Assembly (NCBI GenBank): GCA_028719205.1
Contig: JAQUKH010000002.1
Coordinates: forward strand, 62,001 to 96,827
From: a bacterium
GTDB lineage: Bacteria; JACRDZ01; JAQUKH01
Length of the DNA stretch: 34,827 nt
Reading direction: 5' to 3'
Made by a program: the position numbers and the translations under genes. The notes below the pieces were generated by a model. It was not told the DNA's origin, did no database searches, and was given only the letters and a program-made list of their open reading frames with translations. How positions within the stretch are numbered: position 1 is the stretch's first letter; every line of letters begins with the position of its first letter. Shown piece by piece: positions 19,626 to 29,182 of this stretch.

Positions 19626-20025
19626 AGTGGTTTTTGATTCCAATATATTTATATCTTCAATAGTTTATGGCGGAAAGCCAAGAAAAGTATTTGAACTGGT
19701 AATTGAAGGTAAAATAGAGCTTTATATTTCTAAAGAGATTTTAGAAGAAGTAGAAGATGTATTACAAAGGCCAAAATTCAAATATCCTTCCCAAATGATC
19801 GATCTGGTAATTACTGAAATACAGAACATTTCCAAAATTGTTATACCCCGAAAAAAGATCAATTATATCAAAGACGACCCTGAAGATAATATGATCCTGG
19901 AATGCGCTGTCGGATCAAAAGCGGATTATATTGTTACAGGTGATGAACATCTGTTAAATATAAAAAAATATAAGAATATTCAGATATTGAATGCAGCCGA
20001 TTTTTTGGGAAAAATAAAGTTGTAA
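19618..20025 (+). CDS. PIN-domain toxin (VapC-like, PIN_3/TIGR00305 type)
   Basis: VVFDSNIFIS, ILEE, DDPEDNMILECA, ADYIVTGDEHLL. Confidence 0.9.
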   Translation: MSKVVFDSNIFISSIVYGGKPRKVFELVIEGKIELYISKEILEEVEDVLQRPKFKYPSQMIDLVITEIQNISKIVIPRKKINYIKDDPEDNMILECAVGSKADYIVTGDEHLLNIKKYKNIQILNAADFLGKIKL

Positions 20026-20038
20026 AAATAACTAGTCA

Positions 20039-20062
20039 GGGCGTGATGAATCACGCCCCTAC
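20039..20062 (-). repeat. REP-like palindrome (GTAG-foot), copy 1; sits between convergent genes
   Basis: Minus strand reads GTAG-GGGCGTGAT-TC-ATCACGCCC. Confidence 0.7.
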
Positions 20063-20069
20063 AATAATA

Positions 20070-21434
20070 TTATTCATAATCCTTCCACAAATTCTTCAAC
20101 CGTTTGTTGAACTTGTAATAAATCTTGAAGAGTGACGGCCATTCGCGGAGCGGGTATTGTCTCATGAATTCGATTTGTTTTGCTTTTGTTCTTGAATTAT
20201 TAAAAAGCTTAATGTATTCTTCGTAAAACTTTTTGATAGGCAGTTTTGTCGGGAGTAATGTGTGGATGAGGTCGGAATAATCATAATTTGTTGTGATCAG
20301 TTTGTCTTTCACTTCATTATAATAATCCGTTCCGGGGAAAGGGGTTAAGACGCAAAAACCGATAAAATTGAAATCAAGCTTAAGGCAAAAATCTTTTAGT
20401 TCCCTGAAATCATTTTCATCAAATTCCTGCCTGATAATAAGTGAAGGGTATATTTCGACGCCAAGATCCTTGAGTATTTTTACAGCTTCAATATTAATCT
20501 GGACGGTTGAGCCTTTTTTGATAAATTTCAGGTCGGAATCCCTGAAAAATTCAAGGCCGACGAAAAGCCGTTTAAGGCCTGCCTCCTTCCATTTTGCTAT
20601 CAGTCCGGGATGCCTGACAATGGTGTCGCTTCTTCCATAAAAGAAAAAGTTTTTCTTCATTCCAGATTTTATTATCAGGTCGGCAACGGTCATCATCCGT
20701 TCAACATCAAGCAGAGATTCATCATCAGCAAAGTAAACATTTTTTTCCTCTATTGTGGCAAGCTCTTTAAGTATATTTTCAGGTGTTCTTGTCAGATACT
20801 TTGTTTCTGCTACTTTCCATAAAGCGCAGAATTTACACCTGAAATTACATCCTTTGGAGGTCCGCATTGATGCCAGTGGTTTCAGCCATTCGCTGTAATA
20901 ATATTTACGGTATTTTAGTGAATATTTTCTGCTTGGAAACGGAATGGAGTCAAGGTCAGTAAATTCATTCTTGGGATTAATTACCGCTTTTCCGTCTATC
21001 AGATAAGCGGTTCCGGGAATTCCATCGATCCCTTTTTTCTGTGAAAGCCTGGATATTATTTCCTTAAATACTTGAACTCCTTCGCCCATTACGACAAGGT
21101 CTATAAAAGGTGTAAGAAAATCTTCCGGCATAACTGTCGCATGATGCCCGCCGACAACAGTAAAAATTTCGCGATTGATATTTTTTATTTTCTCGCACAA
21201 TATTTTTGTTGTATTGACATGGACCGTATAGGCAGAGATTCCGATAACATCCGGCTGAAAAGTATTTATCGAAGATTCGAGGGTATCTTCAAGGCGCATA
21301 TCAAGGATCTTAACTTCGTGTTCGTTTTCGATCCCTGCGGCAAGATATTCAAGCGCCAGTGGTTCAAACATATGAAAATCTTCGCCGCCGATCGATCTTT
21401 GTCCTTTTTTGGGTTGGATTAAAAGTACTTTCAT
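20070..21434 (-). CDS. Cobalamin-binding radical SAM protein (class B methyltransferase-like, HpnR-like)
   Basis: EPLALEYLAA, VGGHHAT B12-domain motifs, GCNFRCKFC (CxxxCxxC), LTPFPGT, HTLLPTKLP. Confidence 0.88.
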   Translation of the reverse strand: MKVLLIQPKKGQRSIGGEDFHMFEPLALEYLAAGIENEHEVKILDMRLEDTLESSINTFQPDVIGISAYTVHVNTTKILCEKIKNINREIFTVVGGHHATVMPEDFLTPFIDLVVMGEGVQVFKEIISRLSQKKGIDGIPGTAYLIDGKAVINPKNEFTDLDSIPFPSRKYSLKYRKYYYSEWLKPLASMRTSKGCNFRCKFCALWKVAETKYLTRTPENILKELATIEEKNVYFADDESLLDVERMMTVADLIIKSGMKKNFFFYGRSDTIVRHPGLIAKWKEAGLKRLFVGLEFFRDSDLKFIKKGSTVQINIEAVKILKDLGVEIYPSLIIRQEFDENDFRELKDFCLKLDFNFIGFCVLTPFPGTDYYNEVKDKLITTNYDYSDLIHTLLPTKLPIKKFYEEYIKLFNNSRTKAKQIEFMRQYPLREWPSLFKIYYKFNKRLKNLWKDYE

Positions 21435-21437
21435 AAT

Positions 21438-22547
21438 TTATTTTATTAGAATAATTTTAACGATCTCCGAGTGTGAAAAGAGCCTCATTACCGGGCCCCA
21501 GACTCCGGTTCCGTAAGTTGTATAAATATACGATGAGTTTTTGCGGTATAGGCCGTTTGGATATTTATAAAATAATTGGACAAGTAAATCCATAGGAGGA
21601 ATTTGCCCGGCATGGGTGTGTCCGGAAAGTTGCAGATCAAAATCATATCCCTTGTATTTTTCGGAAACATCCGGTTGATGTGAGAGGAGTATGATCGGTT
21701 TACCAGGGTCACAACCCTCCATCGCGGATCTAATATCTGTTCCCTGCCCTGAATAATTCTTCCCAGTGTCATCATCAACACCAACTAATTCAATGTTACC
21801 TGCAATTGTAACCTTTTTGTTCCTTAAAAGTACTATATTGGAATTTTTGGCAACCTGCAGGAATTTATCGATACCCGCGTAATATTCATGATTTCCCGTG
21901 ATCCCATAAACTCCGTATTTGGATCTTAATCCGCTCAATGTTTCGCAAAATCCGTTAAACGCGCACAGATCTGCGTCTATCAAATCTCCGGTGATAACGA
22001 TCAGATCAGGATTTTCCCTGTTCGCAGCATCAACTATATTATCCAGCCATTCTTTTGACCTGAAGGAATTAAAATGCAGATCTGAAAGCTGGATGATCGA
22101 AAATCCGGACAGGCTTTCCGTTAATTTCGGGATTTTTATTTCCAGTCTTTTCATTATTGGTTTTCTGGCCCCGTTATAGATGGAATATAAAGAAATGAAA
22201 AATAAAATGACAAGAGTAAAAACAGCCGAGGCCTGTTTTAAAGAAGGATCGTGAAATAAGATCAGAAACAGGTCCCTGAACAAAAAAAGCGTGAACGCTA
22301 TAGAAATAACACCCAGCCAGGTTGTTCCCGCGTAATAAAACGGCTTTCCCCAGGGTACCTTATACCTGCTTAGCGTTTCCATTATAATAAATAAAAGGCT
22401 GAAGGCCAAAAAGGCTGATCCAAGATAAAACCGGGCCATATCGGAAAGCAATAAACCATCGGCGACCCGGCTGTAGACATAATAATGTATAATAAAAAAT
22501 ATAGAGAAAAATATCGTAAAAAATATTGGGAAAATTATTTTATTCAT
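21438..22547 (-). CDS. Membrane-anchored metallophosphoesterase (YkuE/YaeI-like)
   Basis: About 4 N-terminal TM helices. SDLH, TGDLID, GNHE, SHQP, SGHTHAGQ. Confidence 0.92.
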   Translation of the reverse strand: MNKIIFPIFFTIFFSIFFIIHYYVYSRVADGLLLSDMARFYLGSAFLAFSLLFIIMETLSRYKVPWGKPFYYAGTTWLGVISIAFTLFLFRDLFLILFHDPSLKQASAVFTLVILFFISLYSIYNGARKPIMKRLEIKIPKLTESLSGFSIIQLSDLHFNSFRSKEWLDNIVDAANRENPDLIVITGDLIDADLCAFNGFCETLSGLRSKYGVYGITGNHEYYAGIDKFLQVAKNSNIVLLRNKKVTIAGNIELVGVDDDTGKNYSGQGTDIRSAMEGCDPGKPIILLSHQPDVSEKYKGYDFDLQLSGHTHAGQIPPMDLLVQLFYKYPNGLYRKNSSYIYTTYGTGVWGPVMRLFSHSEIVKIILIK

Positions 22548-22555
22548 TTTTGCCC

Positions 22556-25500
22556 TTAAGCTGGGCCTCTTATTAGATTCGTCAATTTGGTTTTTAACTT
22601 TGCGTGCATTCTCTCATAAAGATTATATAAAACCGGGATAATAAAAAGGGTAAGTATTGTGGAAAACATAAGCCCGCCGATAGTAACGACCGCAAGGGGT
22701 TTGTAAAATTCTACTCCGGCGCCGATCCCCAGTGCCATAGGCAGCATTCCAAGCACGGTAGTTAATGTGGTCATGAATATCGGGCGCATCCTTGTTTTTC
22801 CTGAATAGATAAGGGCGTCTAACATTTTCATACCTTCTTTTCTGCTTACATGGATAAAGTCAACCAAAAGGATCGCGTTGTTGACTACTATCCCGGCAAG
22901 CATTATGATCCCGATCATTGCCGTTACGCTTAGATTATCCCTTGATATCCAAAGGCCCAGCATAACACCGATTGCCGCCATGGGCATGGTAAACATTATA
23001 AGAAAAGGATGGCCGAAAGATTCAAACTGGGCGGCCATTACCATATAGACGAGAACCAGTGATTCCAAAAGGGCGATCATGAGATATTTGAAAGCCTCCA
23101 TCATCTGTTCGCTTGACCCTCCGTATTTCCAAACATACCCGGATGGAAGATCCAGGTTATCAAGGATGCCGGTTTTATTCTTATTGCTTATTTTTTGCAT
23201 TATGTCGCCCAGTGCCATTCCTTCTTTAAGATTGGCGTTAACCGAGGCAGTCCTTATCTGGTTTTCACGTTCGATTTTTATTGGCCCGGTTGCCTGTGTA
23301 ATATCAGCTACATCCCCGAGAGTAAAATTTCTGGCCAGCGGTATGGTTTTCAAAACGGAAATATTTTCCCTGTATTTATCGTTAAGTTTAACCCTTATAT
23401 CAATTTCATCATTTTTGTCCCACATGGTTGAAGCTACCTGGCCGTCAATGCTGGTCTGTAGCAGATTTGCGATTTGATTTGTATTAAGGCCGAGGTCTGA
23501 CGTTTTTGCCCTGTTGAGTTTTACCTGGACTTCAGGCAGGTTTTCTTTCAGGGATATATTAAAATCCACGAGGCCGGGTATTTTTTTAATACGGCTGTCA
23601 ATGTCTTCCGTAATTTTTTTCACGACAGAAATATCGTCGCCGATAATTTTAATGGAAAGGTCACTTTCCCCCCCATGTCCTCCTCCCTGGCCGGACATTC
23701 TTTTGATCTCAGCTCGGGCTTCCGGGAAATTTTTTGTCTTATTCTGGAGGTCTGAAACTATTTCAGTAAGTAAACGGCCTTTACTTTCATCAACTTTTAT
23801 GGTCATATTGATATTTTGCGGCGCGACATTAACCGCGTAAGTAGTTATTTCCTTATAGCCGGCAAGAATTTCTTCCATCTGGCGGGCAAGATCATTGGTT
23901 ACTTTCAAGCTTGTTCCGGGAGGGAGTTCGATTTTTCCGCTGATAATTTTCTGTTTACTTGGCGGAAAAAACTGCATTCCGGGTTTAAAAGTTAAACTCA
24001 AAATAAAAAATAAAAACAAAATAAAAAGCGCGGAAAATTGCCTGCGTTTTTTGGCGAGAAGCCAGTGCATGGCTATTTCATAAAGTTCAAGGATCTTGAA
24101 TCCCATAACATAGCGGTATTTAAAAATAACAAAACTGATCCCGAAAAATATCGCGGAGATTACAGGGCCGTAACCCATCAATTTATAACATAAGAGCAGG
24201 CTGATAATACCTGCCGTCCAGCGGGTTATTTTAAATATTTTTTCCTCGCGGGGCGTTATATGTTCTTTCTTTTTCTTTCCTTTATAGAGGATAGCCGTCG
24301 CCATAGGGACAAGTGTATAAGCCACAATTGTTGAGAAAAGCAGTGAAAAAACGATAGAAAAAGAAAGGTCATAAAAAAGCTGCCCGGTTATTCCTTTGAC
24401 AAACGCGATCGGCAGGAATACAACGACGGTTGTAAGTGTTGATGATAAAATAGGCAGGGCGACTTCCGCGGTGCCGTCAATCGTTGCCTGCACAGGGTCT
24501 TCCTTCATGCCGATATGCCGGAACGTGTTTTCAAGGACTACGATCGAGTTATCAACAACCATTCCGATCCCGAGAGCCAGTCCCGCGAGAGTCAGTATAT
24601 TTAATGAAATATGATTAAGATAAAGAAGCGCGAGCGTTGATAACACGGAATATGGTATAGAAATAGATATTATTGAAGTACTTCTCCAGTCGGTCAGAAA
24701 AAGAAAGAGTATCAGGATCGCGAGAACGGATCCGCTCACTGCGCTGTCCTTTACCATCGCGAGCGAATCGCGGATATATTCCGCCTGGTCAAATGTAATA
24801 TCTAATGAGACACCGGCGGGAAGGACTTTTTTCAGTTCATCAAGCCTTTTAGTTATTTCATCACTGATCTTCGCGGTATTTCCGCTGCTTTCTTTAAAGA
24901 CGAGAAGCCCCACACTGTCGCGTTTATTGATCCTGGAATAGCTTCGCTGTTCCTTGAAATCATCAATTACATCGGCGATGTCTGAGAGATAGATCGGTGT
25001 TTTATTCCTGTTGGCCACGATCAGCTTTTTTAATTCAGCGGGGGAGTTAAATTCACCCAGGGTCCGGATAAGAAACTCCGTTTTTTCCTGGTCGATCCTT
25101 CCCGCGCGTAAATTCAGATTTTCTCGTTTGATCGAGGATACTATCTCATCAAGTGAAATGTTATAAGCGAGAAGTTTTTTTGCCTCGACAGAAACTTTTA
25201 TCTCTCTTTCCTTTCCACCGGTTATTTCAACCGAGGCTACGCCCGGGATCCTTTCCAGTGAGGTTTTTATAACATCCTCAGCGGTTTTTCTGAGTTCGCT
25301 TGGAGACTGCGAACCGTAGATATTAAACCAGATGATCGGCCATGATGTGGGATCAAACCTTTGGATAATCGGCTTGTCCGCTCCCTGAGGAAGTATGTTC
25401 TTGACTTTATCGATCTGCTCCCGGATATCCATTGCTGCAATATCCATATTTTTTCCGTATTCATATTCGATCATGATGTTGGATACACCTTCCATGGAAG

Positions 25501-25750
25501 TGGAAGTGATCTTTTTCAGGTCTTTCATCTTGGAAAAAGTTTCCTCGAGAGGTTTGGATATAAGCTTTTCCATTTCCTCAGGGCCTGTTCCCGAATATGA
25601 AGTTGAAACTATTAACTGGGGGATATTGATATCCGGAAGCATATCAACAGGCATCTGGAAAACAGAAAACAAACCGAACATGACAGGGATGATCAATATC
25701 ATCGAAATAGTTACAGGATGTCTTACTGAAAATTCAATTAATTTTTTCAT
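22556..25750 (-). CDS. RND efflux permease (AcrB/AcrD/AcrF family)
   Basis: 1064 aa. GMVVDNSIVVLEN, AQFES..HP, GIVVNNAILLVD, RMRPIFMTTLTT. Confidence 0.96.
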   Translation of the reverse strand: MKKLIEFSVRHPVTISMILIIPVMFGLFSVFQMPVDMLPDINIPQLIVSTSYSGTGPEEMEKLISKPLEETFSKMKDLKKITSTSMEGVSNIMIEYEYGKNMDIAAMDIREQIDKVKNILPQGADKPIIQRFDPTSWPIIWFNIYGSQSPSELRKTAEDVIKTSLERIPGVASVEITGGKEREIKVSVEAKKLLAYNISLDEIVSSIKRENLNLRAGRIDQEKTEFLIRTLGEFNSPAELKKLIVANRNKTPIYLSDIADVIDDFKEQRSYSRINKRDSVGLLVFKESSGNTAKISDEITKRLDELKKVLPAGVSLDITFDQAEYIRDSLAMVKDSAVSGSVLAILILFLFLTDWRSTSIISISIPYSVLSTLALLYLNHISLNILTLAGLALGIGMVVDNSIVVLENTFRHIGMKEDPVQATIDGTAEVALPILSSTLTTVVVFLPIAFVKGITGQLFYDLSFSIVFSLLFSTIVAYTLVPMATAILYKGKKKKEHITPREEKIFKITRWTAGIISLLLCYKLMGYGPVISAIFFGISFVIFKYRYVMGFKILELYEIAMHWLLAKKRRQFSALFILFLFFILSLTFKPGMQFFPPSKQKIISGKIELPPGTSLKVTNDLARQMEEILAGYKEITTYAVNVAPQNINMTIKVDESKGRLLTEIVSDLQNKTKNFPEARAEIKRMSGQGGGHGGESDLSIKIIGDDISVVKKITEDIDSRIKKIPGLVDFNISLKENLPEVQVKLNRAKTSDLGLNTNQIANLLQTSIDGQVASTMWDKNDEIDIRVKLNDKYRENISVLKTIPLARNFTLGDVADITQATGPIKIERENQIRTASVNANLKEGMALGDIMQKISNKNKTGILDNLDLPSGYVWKYGGSSEQMMEAFKYLMIALLESLVLVYMVMAAQFESFGHPFLIMFTMPMAAIGVMLGLWISRDNLSVTAMIGIIMLAGIVVNNAILLVDFIHVSRKEGMKMLDALIYSGKTRMRPIFMTTLTTVLGMLPMALGIGAGVEFYKPLAVVTIGGLMFSTILTLFIIPVLYNLYERMHAKLKTKLTNLIRGPA

Positions 25751-27186
25751 TACTGAACAACCTCAATTTTGGCGCTGTCAAATAAATTAATTGCGCCTTT
25801 TATGACTATCTTATCTTTTGAAGATATCCCTGCCAGGATTTCAACTTTTTCTTCAGTTATTAAACCAGTTTTAACCGGTTTGAATTGGGCTGAATCGCCG
25901 TTAACAATATAAACACCTTTTATGTTATCTCTTTCAATGATACTTTCAGGCGGAAGAATATAGGTGTTATTCCGTTCTTCCGTAACTATTTCTATCTGCG
26001 CGAACATACCGGGCCGGAGGATTTGAGATTCATTGGGAATCAGTATTTCGACTTTGCTGGTCCGGTCTTTTTCATCCACGCCGGGCGCGATATTTACTAT
26101 ATAACCCGTAAAAATTTGATTTTTATACGCATCAAGTTTAATTTCAGCCTTTTGCTTAAGCCTGAGATATCTGAGGTAATTTTCTGAAGTATTTACTTCG
26201 ATTTTGACGCTTGAAAAGTCAGCGATCGAGAAAACCTTGGAATCCTTAGGCGCGTTTTCACCTATATTTATAAATTTTTTCATGACTGAGCCCGCGAAAG
26301 GCGCTTTTACTTCTGTGTCTTTCAATGCCTTTTCCGCGACGTCAAACCTTGCCTGTGCGTCTTTTAAGTTCGCGCTCGCTGATTTCAGGTCCTTATACCA
26401 TACTTTCCCTTTATTCTGGATATCCGCCAGTTCAAACGCGGCTTCCGCTTTTTCAACCTGAGCTTCCGCTTTGTCAATATCTTCTTTACGCGCGCCCTTG
26501 ACTAAAATATTATACTGTTCAGATATCGCGTTAAATCTTGATTCGCTTGTTTTTAGCTGGGTATCCGCTTTTTCCCACTCCTGGGGGGAAATAAGTTTTT
26601 CTTCCCACATGCCTTTCATGCGGGCATAATCATTTTTAGCCTGTTTGTATAATGACTCAGCGGAGTTTTTTTCAGCTTCGAGTTGTTTAAGCTCCTCCGG
26701 CCGGGCACCTGTTTTTAAAATTTCCAGGTTTGCCTTCGCGGTTTTAAGGTTGGCTTCAGCGTCTTTTAATTGAGTTGAAATCCTTTTTTCTGCCGTCTGT
26801 TGTTCATATTCGTATCGCGCTGTCGCGCCGATCAGCAATGCCTCCGCGCCTTCTTTTTCTTTTTTAGCGTTAAAATCGTCGATTTTCAAGAGGACTTGAT
26901 CTTTGGAAACTTTATCTCCTTCCTCGACAAGTATTTCCTTAACTTCACCGCTGACCTTCGCAATGATATTTGCCTCGGCAATTCCTTTTACATTTCCGGA
27001 GGCAGAAATAATGTTTCTTATTGAGCCTTTTTCCATGTTTCCGGCAAATACCGGGATATGTTTTGTTTTTTCAGAAGCCAAGCCTGTGTCCATATTTTCC
27101 TTCTGCTTTCCGTTTTTACAGGAAACAGAAAGAAAAATTATACAAAAAATTATGATCAGGTTTCTTTTCATGATAAATCCTCTCAT
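25750..27186 (-). CDS. RND periplasmic adaptor (MFP), long coiled coil, probable lipoprotein
   Basis: AKVSGEV..I.VEEGD.V, APFAG, LRPGMFA, lipobox-like SVSC. Alternative start at 27171. Confidence 0.94.
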   Translation of the reverse strand: MRGFIMKRNLIIIFCIIFLSVSCKNGKQKENMDTGLASEKTKHIPVFAGNMEKGSIRNIISASGNVKGIAEANIIAKVSGEVKEILVEEGDKVSKDQVLLKIDDFNAKKEKEGAEALLIGATARYEYEQQTAEKRISTQLKDAEANLKTAKANLEILKTGARPEELKQLEAEKNSAESLYKQAKNDYARMKGMWEEKLISPQEWEKADTQLKTSESRFNAISEQYNILVKGARKEDIDKAEAQVEKAEAAFELADIQNKGKVWYKDLKSASANLKDAQARFDVAEKALKDTEVKAPFAGSVMKKFINIGENAPKDSKVFSIADFSSVKIEVNTSENYLRYLRLKQKAEIKLDAYKNQIFTGYIVNIAPGVDEKDRTSKVEILIPNESQILRPGMFAQIEIVTEERNNTYILPPESIIERDNIKGVYIVNGDSAQFKPVKTGLITEEKVEILAGISSKDKIVIKGAINLFDSAKIEVVQ

Positions 27187-28472
27187 TTGGAGATTAAAGG
27201 TATTCCGACTGTTTTCTCCAATTTTGCAATTGCTATTATATAATCGTAATCCGCCGAAATTTTGTTTGTCTTTGCCTCAAAAAGCGCGGTGTATGCCTCT
27301 AATACATCTGTATTAGACACGAGGCCTTTTTGATACCTCTTTTGATTCAGATTAAAATTTTCGGAGGCGATGTTTAAAATTTTCTTATTAACATTAACCA
27401 ACTCCTGTATTTCTTTGATCTTCATAAAAGATTTCTCAGCTTCCAGGGTGATAGATTGTTGAAGCTGCCATAACCTTTGTCTTGTCTGCTCAAGATTATA
27501 TGAAGCTTCTTTTATTTCCGCCCTGGTAAAGCCGCCGTTGAAAAGATTAATATCAAACGTTATTCCAACAGCCCAGGAGTCATTTTTTGGCATAAAAGTT
27601 GCGTCAGTCCATGAGTAATTAGCATTCGCGGAGACCTTTGGCCAGAACCCTGACCGTGCCAGTGTCACATATTCCTGCGCGATAAGAAGGTCATCTTTTA
27701 TTTTTTTTAGCGAGGGACGGCTATTCAATGTTTCTTTCTGGTAGAAATCAAGATCAGCGAGATCAAAATTAACGGATCTGGTATCTTCTTCTATTTTAAC
27801 AGGGTCATCTATGTTTAATCCAAGGGTAAGGTTAAAATTTTTCTGCGCCAGTATTTTATTTTGCCGCGCGATCAAAAGATTTTTTTCCGCTTTTACTGAT
27901 TCCATTTCTGCCTGAAGCACGTCAGTTTCTATTACCATCCCGTTTTTAAAAAGGGCCTGGGCGTTTTTAAGATGGTCCTTCATCAGTTCTAACGCGTTTT
28001 CCTGAAGTTCGACCATTTTCCCTGAACGCAGTAAATTATAAAAATCCTCCTTAACTTTTAAGGTAAGCATGTTTTTTTCTTCCGAAAGGTTATTTTCCTT
28101 TGAGTCGATATTTATTTTTGCCTGTTTCAATAAAACGAAAGTCCTGCGGTTAAAAAGAGGCTGATTGAGGCTTACCTGGTTTAAGTAATTTTCCTCCTGG
28201 CCTATTGTTACAAAAGTTCCCTGGAATTCGGTTTGAGCGAGTAAACCGTTATGGGTATAATTCGCCTTCGCGTTTATTTCTGGAAGGCAGACAGCGATAG
28301 CTTTGTCAATGTTCAAGTTGGCAAGTTCAACATCGATCTTTGCCGCTTGAAAGAGTTTGTTTTGTTTGTAGGCAATTTGTAAACATTCCTCAAGCGTTAA
28401 TTTTTTTTCTTCGGCGGATAAAATATTTGAGAAGCAGGTTAATAGAATAAAAACACATATTAATTTTTTCAT
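27183..28472 (-). CDS. TolC-family outer membrane efflux protein
   Basis: Signal peptide, LTLEECL..A, P.INA, QPLF, RY..GL....DVLEA. ATGA overlap with the TetR stop. Confidence 0.93.
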   Translation of the reverse strand: MKKLICVFILLTCFSNILSAEEKKLTLEECLQIAYKQNKLFQAAKIDVELANLNIDKAIAVCLPEINAKANYTHNGLLAQTEFQGTFVTIGQEENYLNQVSLNQPLFNRRTFVLLKQAKINIDSKENNLSEEKNMLTLKVKEDFYNLLRSGKMVELQENALELMKDHLKNAQALFKNGMVIETDVLQAEMESVKAEKNLLIARQNKILAQKNFNLTLGLNIDDPVKIEEDTRSVNFDLADLDFYQKETLNSRPSLKKIKDDLLIAQEYVTLARSGFWPKVSANANYSWTDATFMPKNDSWAVGITFDINLFNGGFTRAEIKEASYNLEQTRQRLWQLQQSITLEAEKSFMKIKEIQELVNVNKKILNIASENFNLNQKRYQKGLVSNTDVLEAYTALFEAKTNKISADYDYIIAIAKLEKTVGIPLISK

Positions 28473-29077
28473 TTTTGGCATCCTGTCAGGATAAAATTAT
28501 ATAGAAAGGAAATATCATCTTTTTTATTTCTATGGGACTTGCATATGCCTAAGACATTGGACATAAGGAGGCTATGAGTAGTTCCCATGATTGTGATAGC
28601 AGTTTTATGAGTGTCCGCTTTTTTAAGCAATCCTTTTTCTATTCCCTCCCGAATAATTTCCGCGATGATATTTGCCTGCAGCTCATGTTTTTTTAATATT
28701 TTTTCCCTGAATTTTGGCAGTATGTTTTCAATATCAGGGCCTTGGTTATTAAAAAAAAGACGGCATATGTCAGTGTGTTTTTGGTGGAAATCGACTTCGA
28801 GTTTAATGATCTCAAGTATTTTTTTAAGCGGGTCTATGGGCTGTTCTTTTATCTCAATAAGGTATTTATGAAATTCAACATAACCTTCTTCAAGAAGGGA
28901 GAAAAACAGGTCTTCTTTATTTTTAAAGTAAAGATAAATTGTTCCTTTGGCCAGTCCCGCAGTTTTAGCTATCATATCAACAGTTGTCAAAAAATATCCG
29001 TGTTTGGCAAACACTTTGCGTGCCGTTTTTATAATTACCTTTCTTCGTTTTTCTTTTTTTTCTTCTGTCTGTCTCAT
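28469..29077 (-). CDS. TetR/AcrR family regulator
   Basis: ARKVFAKHGY..TTVDMIAK.AGLAKGTIYLYFKNKEDLF helix-turn-helix. Confidence 0.95.
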   Translation of the reverse strand: MRQTEEKKEKRRKVIIKTARKVFAKHGYFLTTVDMIAKTAGLAKGTIYLYFKNKEDLFFSLLEEGYVEFHKYLIEIKEQPIDPLKKILEIIKLEVDFHQKHTDICRLFFNNQGPDIENILPKFREKILKKHELQANIIAEIIREGIEKGLLKKADTHKTAITIMGTTHSLLMSNVLGICKSHRNKKDDISFLYNFILTGCQK

Positions 29078-29095
29078 TAATTTTCTCTTAAGGAT

Positions 29096-29119
29096 GGGCG
29101 CGATAAATTACGCCTCTGC
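29096..29119 (-). repeat. Degenerate REP-like palindrome, copy 2
   Basis: GGGCGCGATAAATTACGCCTCTGC matches 20039-20062 at 19/24 positions. Confidence 0.55.
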
Positions 29120-29123
29120 AAAT

Positions 29124-29173
29124 AATGACTGACTGGTCATTCAGGATTATAACATTACTTTTATGGCTGTCAA
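29124..29173 (-). promoter_or_regulatory. Promoter and probable TetR operator of the efflux operon
   Basis: TTGACA (29173-29168), 16 bp, TATAAT (29151-29146). Palindrome AATGAC-N6-GTCATT (29124-29141) lies over the predicted start site. Confidence 0.75.
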
Positions 29174-29182
29174 GATATTTAT

